Assembly (NCBI RefSeq): GCF_037042905.1
Contig: NC_087252.1
Span: forward strand, 16,556,001 to 16,620,000
Length of the DNA: 64,000 nt
From: Lytechinus pictus
Lineage: Eukaryota
Direction of reading: 5' to 3'
Part shown: positions 53,905 through 64,000 of the stretch, in pieces
Numbering within the stretch: position 1 is the first letter of the stretch
Layout: every line of letters starts with the position of its first letter
Translations under genes and position numbers: made by a program
Notes under the pieces: generated by a model
Told to the model about the DNA's origin: nothing
Databases searched by the model: none
What the model saw: only the letters and a program-made list of their open reading frames with translations

Positions 53905-54334
53905 TTATATCTATGTAGAAGGACGATTTAAGTGTGTTAGAAAGCGATGAGCTTCATACTCATGTCTTTTATTCTGATTAACTCTATTTAGAAGGGCGAT
54001 TTAATGTGTTAACGGGCGGCGAGCTTAAGATCAAAATCATTTCTTATTACCCCCATGTAGGAGGGTTTACTCAGTAACTGAGCGGTTATCGAGATTCATA
54101 TCAACATCTTTTCTTATTTTCTGATTATTTCGATGTAAAAGGAAGGTTCGGTGTGTTACCGAGCGGCGAGCTTCATATCAAAATCTTTTATTTGTCTGAT
54201 GATCCCATGTAGAACGAGGGTTTAGTGAGTAACCGAGCGGCGATCGAGATTCACATCAACATCTTTTCTTATTTTGTGATCATTTCCATGTAGAAGGGCG
54301 GTTCAGTGTGTTACCGAGAGGCGAGCTTCATATC
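53905..54334 (+). repeat. Tandem array (6 units, 69-81 bp) of 3' splice site + first ~41 nt of exon 4; the last unit is the real exon start
   Basis: Exon-like segments start at 53919, 53992, 54061, 54139, 54213 and 54294. Each follows a pyrimidine tract and (c)atgtag/tatttag/atgtaa. Copy 54139-54179 is 37/41 identical to the exon. Confidence 0.92.
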
Positions 54335-54437
54335 CGTGACGTGCGGGACCGTGACGCCGGCCAGTATAGATGTACAGTACGTAACAGGCTTACCAATAAT
54401 AACAAAGTGAGCCCTCCCGCGGTGCTTCATGTTGCAG
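54294..54437 (+). CDS. Dscam: Dscam exon 4: Ig2 C-terminal half (not in ORF track)
   Basis: tttccatgtag| acceptor, CAG|gtaagt donor, 144 nt, phase 1-1. Hand translation: (E)GRFSVLPRGELHIRDVRDRDAGQYRCTVRNRLTNNNKVSPPAVLHVA, matching the Dscam LP.GELHIR.V...D....Y.C....RLT pattern. Confidence 0.95.
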
Positions 54438-54989
54438 GTAAGTTTATCCGCTGACTGCCTAATTCATGATTTCCATAGACTCTGTACGTGGAGCGTTTGG
54501 TTCAAGGAGCCAAGTGGTTAAGCCACCAAATGGCAAAGTGATGATGTCACAGTATTTTGTTACGTCATTATGGCTTCATAAAAAATCCTTACGCCAGACA
54601 TCTAACGGTTGGCTAGAACCGGGGTTTCTATTGATCGAGATCATTTAATTTATTTGATACACTTAGCTATCTGACACTGTTAATATGGTAGGTTAATGAA
54701 CAATTACTTTGGGATGGATGACTGCGACGTCACTGTTCTGTGCCTACGGTCTGAAATGTGGTAAAATCATATCATTTTGTCCATCTACAGAGTACTTATT
54801 TTCGATTCGAATCCTTTTGATTTCTTTTGCAAATAAAGTCTATTATCATCATAACTGCTTTGCTTTCTTTTACAAAATGACAAACGTACAGATTAACCGG
54901 ATTTATCTAGTCCATGTATTCAATTATGTATGCATATGCTTATTTATCAAGTATTATTGCATTCATTCACCTATACATTTATTAGTAGT

Positions 54990-55039
54990 ATCATCATCAT
55001 CATCATCATCATCGTCATCATCGTCATCATCATCATCAA

Positions 55040-55077
<38 letters not shown>

Positions 55078-55153
55078 CCATCATCACCATCATCATCATC
55101 ACCTCATCATAATCATCATCATCATCATCATCATCGTCATCATCATCATCATC

Positions 55154-55214
<61 letters not shown>

Positions 55215-55221
55215 CCACCAC

Positions 55222-55254
<33 letters not shown>

Positions 55255-55258
55255 AATC

Positions 55259-55289
<31 letters not shown>

Positions 55290-55375
55290 TCATCATCATC
55301 ATTATTATTATTATCATCATCATCATTATCATAATATTATTATTATAGTACTAATAATAATAATTATTATTATTA
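54990..55375. repeat. (CAT)n/(TAT)n microsatellite
   Basis: Directly visible; explains the poly-H/S/I/M ORFs. Confidence 0.97.
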
Positions 55376-56684
55376 CCCATAAGTTTAATGGTAGGTGTGG
55401 TTAGTTGCTTTCACAGACATATCTTATTACCATTGCTGCTGCACCTCAAAATTAGATGAACACGGGATTCTTTATTGCTTCCCTCCCTTCATTAAGCTTG
55501 AGACAAGTCCTTAATTATCCTCATTTATGAAAGAGAATAGATCCCTCTTGAATTAGTGATACCAATATAAGATCCACGGGGAATAAAGAATGCATTGAAG
55601 CAGGTAAAGAAAAGAAAAACAGTGCTTATTAATCCAAATAAAACCAGGAAGGCAGGATTTATTGGCTTCCCGTAGCTCAGTATATTATTGTCTGCCTGTC
55701 CAGAAGGCAGTCTGGCGTTACATACTTCCATCAGTTATAGACCAAATGCAACGGCGAGACCGGAACTAGGGATGTAATGAGAATATTTCATAATTATAAT
55801 AGACAAAAGTGTGAGGGTGTGTGTGTGTGTGTGTGAGCGAGGATGAGGGTGTGTGTGTGTGTGGGTGTATTTGCAGTGTCATATGTTGAAACCACCATGG
55901 GGCTAGATGATATAAAGCAATTGGCAGGCTATGCTTGATCGGTATGATCAGATCAAATATCGGGAAGGGGGTCACGAAAGATTTAAGTCTGACTAAAAAT
56001 CGCACTTAAAATTGTCCATTGTGTGCAACCATCCCAGCTTTGGAAAGAGGGCCCGTTGCACAAAGAATCGCAATCAAAGAGCAACTATAAAAATCATTCT
56101 CAATTTCATTAAACATATTAACTGAATGCTAGTGACAAGATACCAGCCATGCTAAGCAGAATCGAACCACGTAAACGACTGGAATAGTTCAAAATAAACT
56201 GATTTGCGACCACAGAATACATCAAATGTAATACACACGTCACGTGGTTTATCTCACTGTCAGATACGATTGAGAATGATGGCTAATGAATATGAATTGT
56301 ACCAATGATGCCAAATGATGTACCGTTTTTTCATGAGATAATGAAATATGGCGGTGTACGAAGCAGGGATGGAGGACAGATTGGGATCTTGTACACTTAT
56401 GAGATGCATTGATGTCTGGGACCCCTGGAAGTCAACGGGTTTGACTTAGTGCATCATGAGTCTTTTGTGTAGGCAATGTTTCTCCTTGACCTTCAAACCA
56501 ATACTGTTCCAAATCCCGAATCTTCTTTTCGATGGAACTTACATTTATTAGGGATACCGATACATGTGTTATAGCACAAACTGTTCATTCGTTATTTCAT
56601 GCTATTAGCTGTATGATGAAATGGTAGTACTATCCACCGGGTACTAGCGGGGCTATTTTATTCTTTTTCTGTGATCGTTTACAG

Positions 56685-56963
56685 AGCCAGTGAACACAGC
56701 TCCAGAACTTATCCAGTCCAAGTCTGATTTCACGTTGCGAGTTGGTGAGACGGTCGAGCTTCCGTGCGTTGCTAGCGGATACCCGTTGCCCACCTATCAA
56801 TGGTCGAAAGATGGCGCCCTAATCACACCTGGCGATTCTCGGAGTTTTCGTGGCGGTAACCTGTTGCTAAGCAACGTGCAGCTGGATAATGCTGGTCGCT
56901 ATGACTGTGAAGCAGTCAATGAGCTGGGTACTGTCAGTACAACACGTAATGTTATTGTTAGAG
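56685..56963 (+). CDS. Dscam: Dscam exon 5: Ig3 domain
   Basis: tttacag| acceptor, G|gtacgt donor, 279 nt. (E)PVNTAPEL...VELPCVASGYPLPTYQWSKDG...GGNLLLSNVQLDNAGRYDCEAVNELG...VIVR. Confidence 0.95.
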
Positions 56964-57412
56964 GTACGTTCGAGGGTTATATTATGGCCTTATTCCCAAG
57001 AGTACCACACGATTACATTAAATATTCAAACAATGTTAATACAGTTTACTAGCTTGGTTGGCCCAGTTTATAATCCTTACATCCTTATCTACAAGTCAGA
57101 ATGACACAATCAATTTGTCCATATATTTAATCAATATCCATAGAGATACTGTACGTATAAGTAAATTTATTCAAACAACCTATATCTTGTTTAGTTATTA
57201 GCATGTCTACTAACTGGAAGAGTAATTGGTGATGTTACCATGGTAACGGTTCTAGAATTTATTCCAATCAAAGACCTGTGCCAGCAGACAAAGTTCATGT
57301 GCATCATTTCAAGAATTTGGTGTTGAGTAACACTAGTTAACCTTCTTCACATGTATAAAAACATCTACTGTTATTAATGTTACTTACTCGTAATTCTAAT
57401 TTTGTTTTGAAG

Positions 57413-57682
57413 ACTCGATAGCTGTATACTTCTACCCTCAAAAACGGAGTGTCGACGTTGGAGCGTTCGCAACCTTCAACTGTTCTGTATCTGGCTATCC
57501 GATAGAGCAGGTAACGTGGTATAAGAACGCTCAGCCATTGGATGGAGATGACCGCGTCACTGTCTATGAAAATGGTACAATGGTAGTAGCGGGCATGCGC
57601 AGAGATGACAGAGGAATGTACCAGTGCGTGGCTACGAATAGCTGGCAGACACAAGAAGCAACAATGCAACTTTCTCTTGGTG
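57413..57682 (+). CDS. Dscam: Dscam exon 6: Ig4 domain
   Basis: tttgttttgaag| acceptor, G|gtaagc donor, 270 nt. (D)SIAVYFYPQKRSVDVGAFATFNCSVSGYPIEQVTWYKNAQPLDGDDRV...MRRDDRGMYQCVATNSWQTQEATMQLSLG. Confidence 0.93.
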
Positions 57683-58220
57683 GTAAGCGAATGGTTCAGT
57701 TTTCAAAAAGAAAAACTAACTCAAGTATAAGTATATAAGTATATAGGTATAAGTATTTATTTATTGTCCATAAATGGAAAGTTTTCTTGTTTACATGCTG
57801 TGCAAAAACAAAATAAAGACAACATATTATATACATTTATACACATGTAACATGAACAATGAAATCTACATTTGGAAAATGATGATAAGCATAATATTAC
57901 TTACATAATAACTTAGACTTGAACAAAATACTACTCAAAGAACTAAATCATTTACCAACCAATTTAGGTATTATAACCAGGTGTACATTGTCATTTGATA
58001 CAGATTTCTATCAAGTTGGCCTAATTCTTATCAGTCACTAAACACTTTATTAACCAAGCATGAAAGCTTATTCAAATTAATGGACTTTTTTAGTCTAGAA
58101 GTAGAAAAGCTCATTAAGATCAACCCTTGTTATGAGTTAGGTATAACATTTAGTTTGATCATGATAGTAATAAGTAGCTGTATCAATATAAACGCGGGTT
58201 GATTATTTGTTTTATTTCAG

Positions 58221-58517
58221 CCGCGAAACCGATCATGTTGGCACACTTCACAAACCAAACGCTCCAACCCGGGCCTAACCTCCAGCTCTCCTGCACCGTA
58301 GCAGGCAACCCAACACCGGATGTGACCTGGCTTAGGGATGGCTTGGCGATACCAACTGACCCCAGGTATACATTTAATGACGTCATCAATGAAGATAGTG
58401 ACGTCATAAGTTATTTGAATATATCGCGGTTGGTTAGTGAGGATGGAGGATTGTATCGGTGCGAAGCAACGAGCGTGTTGGGTGCAGTACAACATGAGGA
58501 TCGCATCAATGTTATAG
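58221..58517 (+). CDS. Dscam: Dscam exon 7: Ig5 domain
   Basis: ttttatttcag| acceptor, G|gtaaga donor, 297 nt. F..QTLQPGP...L.C..AGNPTP.VTW..DG and DVISYLNIS....EDGGLYRC are Dscam Ig5 hallmarks. Confidence 0.96.
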
Positions 58518-59860
58518 GTAAGATAACCAATCTCATGTAAAACAAAAGTAATAGGGGGAGGGGAGTGTACCATCGATGTAAGAAAAATGGATAGAGCAAC
58601 AACACGCTGTTTTGAAGCCATTGGATAAATTAAAAGTTCAAAGGTCAAACGCGCACAAAGTTCCACGCTATTTTGTTTTTCTCTCGTATGGGTGCTTGAG
58701 TGTTGTGTTTCCTACCAGTTGTTACTGGTACTTGCGTAATGGAGTACTTTTCCTGTAGCTCTCGTGTGTACGACATCATGCAACGAGCTCGATCCATTTT
58801 TTTAAATATATCGATGGGGTGTACAAGTTTTAGTGTGACATCGCACATCTTGGTTGCATTGCCGATGGGAAGATCATTCGTAATCTCAACATTCAAATGT
58901 TCATAACTTTCTTTATATTTATACATTTTTTCTCAAGCTTTCAATGCTTTGTTAAATTATTGTTTCTGTTTTCACGCAAGCTGCCTTGTTCTCAAAGGAT
59001 TTCATTCTCTTTTAATAAGGCCTACAAGTGTGTGACAGAAATGAATTCACCAAACAATATTTACACCTGAATATTTCGCCTCATTTATTCCTTCCAATTT
59101 CTTTGAGGCTTTAACCCTTTTTAACCACCTTAAAGATAATGTTAGAAATCTTAATATATAATAAACCTCATCTACACCCATGATGGTTACACGGGCCTAA
59201 TTACAATTGGCAGGCAAAAGATATTCATTCAAGCCAACCCATTCTCAATTTTTAAATTTGATATTGCTGATTGACAAAAATGAATGAATATGACTGAAAA
59301 TCTAACACTGATTCTCGGGAGGTTACCTACTGAACTTTTTTTTCCAAATTGGAAAGATATGTCTCTACTTTGGAACTATTCTTTTTACTGGCGGAAGAAT
59401 TAGGGCCATTTTACTCTCTCAAGTGATGAATTTGATCATGTCAGGTTTATTCTTCATAAATGCCGATTTATTTTTAAAATGAGCCGGTCAAGATACCCTT
59501 TTCTGGTCAAATATGGAATGTCAGACATATATCCTATCCACTGGTAGTAAACATTCAACCCTCGAATTTCCTCCTTATTTTTTATGAATGTTTTTAAGTG
59601 GTACTTTAACACACGAGTCTATGGGAAATTATTCAAGCCTGTGATACCTGATTGCCCTTTCTCTGGAATCACTTACAGAACACCCCCACCGTCGTTAACC
59701 CCTTCTCTCCTCCTTTCCCTTATTCGGTTCAACACTCTTATTAATCAGAAGTATAAAGTAAAAAATATCACTGGATTTTTGTTTTTCGATAATAGGATTT
59801 TTCCTGTATCCGAAATACGTCGAAATCATGAATCAATTTGCGGAGACAACACGGTCTGCA

Positions 59861-60098
59861 CACAGTAGAAACGCTGTTTAAAATGTTATACAAGTGCATG
59901 TAGTTTACTATACGAAACTTAAAATATTTCTTTAAAACAAATTATGAAAAGTTTAAACAAGTTTTTAAAATCTTAAACAACAAAGTTTAATTTTCAATAG
60001 ATTATGAATGGCATGGTTGTTTAAACTGTTAAACAACTTCTGCAAGATTTATACAGTAAACAGCGTTGTATAAACTTATTTACAGCGGTTTTACTGTG
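59861..60098. mobile_element. CACTA-like MITE with 2-bp CA TSD
   Basis: ca|CACAGTAGAAACGCTGT...ACAGCGGTTTTACTGTG|ca. Confidence 0.82.
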
Positions 60099-60499
60099 CA
60101 ACAGGTCGTTTATTCAAGCTAGAGAGAGAAATGAATTTAACTATACGGATCTACTGAAAGAAAAATTGGTATTAGAACACAAGCAATTCCTTGAATATAT
60201 TATGCAAATGACCTATAAAGACGGGTTTGTTCTATCAGTTGGACGGAGTGATATGCTGTTGGTAGCTGTGCAATGTGGCAGTTCGGTTTGCTCTCGACAA
60301 AAGATCCCGGATGCTAATAACATGCTGTCCGACAGGACAAATATTGTGCTATGTTTACTCATCTGTTTGCGGGGTGTAATAGATAAATGCGTCATTCGTG
60401 TTGCTGGGGAAGCTCGAGGGAGTAGGGTGAGGAGCATGGACCCATGTGCTGCCCCACGACCCGATATCACATGCCCGGCTACGAATATATTCTGCCTGA

Positions 60500-60640
60500 C
60501 ACGATGGCTGAGTGGTCGAATGCCTGCCTCATGATCGGGAGGTTGGGGGTTCGATCCCCGGCCGAGTCATGCCAAAGACGTGAAAAATAGGATCTTCTGG
60601 CTTCTCGTCAACTAATCGGCATTTAAAAAACAGGGCCCGC
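60500..60640 (+). mobile_element. tRNA-derived SINE head
   Basis: TGGCTGAGTGGTC...GGTTCGATCCCCGGCCGAGTCATGCCAAAGAC; matches 16890-17005 on the minus strand. Confidence 0.78.
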
Positions 60641-60684
60641 TTGAAAAGTAGCTGCCCTCGATAACTAAGAGTTAGCTGGGAGTT

Positions 60685-60978
60685 TCACTCATCGTTGTAC
60701 GTAGGATTCAAGAGCATAAAAATGCATTGTCAAATGCCCTTCTTAGCAAAGAACAATCAATAAGTCTTTGTCGAAAATTTGTGAATTAAAACAGCAGTTT
60801 ATTTAGTCATTGACTCTGAACGAATGACATTTGTGCAATTTTTCGCCATCGAGACTTAGGACGTAATTGCTGTTCCAGTCTACCTATTTTCGACAAAGAT
60901 CCCCAGTAGTTCTTTGTCAGGACGGGCATTTTCAATAGATTTGCTTTGTTTTTTAATCATCCGTACGTCGCGAAGCGA
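60685..60978. mobile_element. Palindromic interspersed element
   Basis: TTGTCAAATGCCC..TCTTTGTCGAAAAT / ATTTTCGACAAAGA..GGGCATTTTCAA arms; partial copies at ~9500-9610, 39420-39535 and 50685-50925. Confidence 0.7.
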
Positions 60979-62679
60979 TAACTATGATTGGGCCAAGTAA
61001 GAAATGAAATGTGAATTCGTGTTAGGTGGATTAGAATCACACCAGAATAGATTGGAATTAAAAAAAACCTTTAAAAGTATACATACAGTTCACATGTTTG
61101 TAAGTTATCAACCTCATCAAGTTCGGTTCCAGTTCTTATACATTTGAATAAATGAACCCCTCCCACCACCACTCCCACAAACACCCTTTATTCCAATCCG
61201 CCATCGGGATTCGCCAATATATCTCGTGCCACCCCGACAGGCTTGCTTGTAACATTTTCTCTTGGCAGATATCCAGCCGACAGAAATAAACTGCCAGATG
61301 TATATATTATATCCCTTTTGAGGTGTATATCAGTTATCATTTTTAGCATTGGAATGTACTCATAGTTTTCAATACGTAAATATTGGAAAAAAAAAAGCAA
61401 ATGTACAAAATAAAAGAAAATCTTCATCTGGGATTACGTCGCAGATGACTAGAATGCGCATGAGATATTGGGATGCTTTAAAGACCAATATATACTTTCG
61501 AATGTTAGTAGTATACGCATAATGGGATGGAAATGGTTTCAATAATTGCCCCTATCTTGAGTCAATGCTCAAGTCACGCAGGACATGCGACTTTTTGCTA
61601 TCTTTTGAGATCTTATGCAAAATATTACATGTATTTTGACCAGGACGACCAACCGTAAAAGAAACACATTTGGGCGCGTAAAGTAATCAGCTGGAATTTC
61701 TTTTTTTATCACAGGATTGTTTTTCATTCATCCAAAGTGAGAGCTTGCGGGATGCAATGGTTCAACTATTCCATTGTTAGTATAGTCGAGTGGTTATAGC
61801 TGTAAGGCAATCTCAGACACGTGCACTGAACAAAGAAAGGGAACAATGCCCCTCCCGCTATGCATTGACGCTGGCGTGTGCCAACGAATTGGGATACTCT
61901 CCCCAACATGGATTTATTTGTGGGACTAAGCAGTGATATCAATGGCATTAGACGTGTCAGGGCGGCTGGTGTTGGGTACATTATTCAAGTAATATCTTTT
62001 TATTTCTTAGGGATATCGCAGTGCGTGGTGTTATCAAACGCTGAGCAAACATAGATCATAATAAGGTATATTTTCTCGTCTGGTTTCATTGCGACCCGTC
62101 TGTATGAAACTGGATAAAGACCCCTATAAAATTTGACTGTAATCTGGATTGCCACCAAGCATGAATATCATGTATGGATCGAGGGACGCATTTTTAAAAT
62201 AAAAAACAATCATCTCTGTCTGTGTGCAATTGAACAAATATCCAAAGTCTCCAAAACATTTCTGTTATTCATTTGTGTGTTTTTTTTCTTCAAAATCCTT
62301 ATTGCAACAAGGGTTTGGTATGCGATTTGTATCATAAGATACCTATTGCCATGGAGTAGGAAGAAATTAATTGGGTGACATTTTCGTTTGAAATGATTCT
62401 AGCTGCCAAAGCTTTTATAATAATAAGCAAATAGCTCTCCTGAACACAAATGATGTTGCATTGATGCTGGAAGCCGAAAGTTGGCGCTCTGCAACGTACT
62501 TGAAATAACGCGTTGATTATTTATTCAGCTCGATTTAAAGGGACACTCGCAATCCTCCATTCCCGATGATATCATTTGGAGCGAATATAGTAAAACAATT
62601 ATTTTATAAAATTATACTGGGGCAAATTCAACTTACCTTCATGATTTTTAAGGATTCTGTCATTCATCTTTAATTCCAG

Positions 62680-62952
62680 GTCGACCCTTAGTGCGCCCTC
62701 TACCGGATGTGATCGCCATAGACGGCACCGATGTTTCCATCCATTGTCACGTAGTTGGATTCCCTATTACATCTATCACGTGGTACAAAGGTTTAACTAC
62801 ACTTCCCTCTTCAATGCGACACACTGTGTTCCCCAATGGAACACTGGTTATTGCTGACGTCACATCGTACGGTGATGGTGGAGAGTATACCTGTGTCGCT
62901 AGCAACGCTCGGGGAGATCGCTCGGCATCTGATATGGACCTCATTGTTAAGG
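62680..62952 (+). CDS. Dscam: Dscam exon 8: Ig6 domain
   Basis: taattccag| acceptor, G|gtaaat donor, 273 nt. (G)RPLVRPLP...CHVVGFPITSITW.K....LP..MRHTVFPNGTLVI.DV....DGGEYTCVASN. Confidence 0.96.
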
Positions 62953-63456
62953 GTAAATAGATTGTTACGTTTGCCAAAGTAAAATTTTCTTAACTGAATC
63001 CTCATCTCCTCAGTGAAGTTATATTACTTTTATTAGAATTAGAGCTTACATCAGCGAATATACCCGGTAATTCTAGAATGGACAATAATCCAACTGTGAA
63101 CGCATTTTACGGCGGTTTCCTCGCACTCCACGGTGTGTTTCTTTTTTTTTCAAAGATGAACTTACTATTGGAAAGACACCTGCGGGATAGCTGGATCAAA
63201 AACATGGATCTGACTTATAAATAAAATAACTTACCAGGCAAAGAAATGAGAAGGCATGTGCTGTGCATGCCATTTAGAACAGGTCATGACTGAAATGGAA
63301 GTTGGATTCAGTTCGTAAGATTGATGATGAATAAGTTAAAAAAAAATTTCAAAACACCATCTGTGCTAACTTTGTTGTTCATCCTGCAACGGATCGTACA
63401 TTGTAGACAAAGTATCTTTGCAAATAATTATATTATCACTTAAATGCACCTAACAG

Positions 63457-63735
63457 TTCCCCCGGTTATCCAGCCAATCGAACCCCTTACTCTACGACAA
63501 GGTCAGAGAACTCAACTCATGTGCATCGTGACCCGTGGTGACCTCCCCATTCACTTCCGGTGGCTCAAAGATGGTGAAGCCATTCCTCATGGGGTTGGGA
63601 TCGAGTTTGTGAACGGGACCTTTTCAAGCTCTTTGGTCATAGCTGATGCGTCTACCGTGCATGATGGCCGCTATACGTGTGAGGCCAGTAACCTAGCCGC
63701 GGCAGTCAACTACACAACAGCTCTTACTATTCAAG
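63457..63735 (+). CDS. Dscam: Dscam exon 9: Ig7 domain; gene continues beyond the window
   Basis: ctaacag| acceptor, G|gtaagt donor, 279 nt. VPPVIQP....GQR..L.CIV.RGDLPI.F.WLKDG...FSSSL.I......HDGRYTC.ASN.AAAVNYT..LTI. Confidence 0.96.
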
Positions 63736-64000
63736 GTAAGTTTCCAACAAGGTTCCTTTAGAATCATCCCCTCGTTTAATTAAATCTTCTAATTTTTCCT
63801 ATACATCACCTGGTTTCCGGGGGGGGGGGGGGGGGGGAGTCAAATATATTGCTGTACACATGCGTGACCAAATTATTTCCAAACACCCCCCTGAACAAGT
63901 TTTTCGCGGGCTTTATTTACACATTTTGGCCACTAAACAAGTTGTCGCCAAAATATGACAACGGGGAAAAAGCTTGGGGAAGAAATATCCCCTAAACACG

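Noticed and set aside
54709..55404. 231-aa poly-Ser/His ORF
   Set aside because: (CAT)n microsatellite within intron 4.
35252..56684. Arrays of complete mutually exclusive Ig2/Ig3 exons
   Set aside because: By eye, no second RGN.AV.KC or LPC...G.P.P exon was found; the only exon-derived copies are the 41-nt partial ones at 53919-54258. A tBLASTn would be decisive.
58183..58666. Minus-strand ORFs overlapping exon 7 (similarly exons 6 and 8)
   Set aside because: Antisense shadows of the Ig exons.

Overview
Eukaryotic, repeat-rich animal DNA; the SINE/MITE types and poly-G runs suggest a sea-urchin-like deuterostome (inference only). The window is the 5' part of one + strand Dscam-family cell-adhesion gene. 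I reconstruct nine coding exons: a 37-nt signal-peptide exon (1174-1210) missed by the ORF track, then Ig1, Ig2 (two exons; the second, 54294-54437, is also missed by the ORF track) and Ig3-Ig7. All introns are phase 1 and GT-AG, giving 2050 nt / 683 codons, and the gene runs off the right edge. I found no arthropod-style arrays of complete alternative exons. The most unusual structure is in intron 3, which splits Ig2: both of its splice sites are tandemly duplicated. Five degenerate ~75-bp copies of [3' splice site + first 41 nt of exon 4] sit directly in front of exon 4, and one copy has gained a GTGAGT that would define an in-frame 12-nt microexon. The exon-3 donor is duplicated 48 nt downstream. 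The introns hold many MITEs (Kolobok-, hAT-, Harbinger- and CACTA-like ends), tRNA-derived SINEs, nested insertions, 17/55/141-bp tandem repeats and trinucleotide tracts. Almost all other listed ORFs are repeat artefacts.
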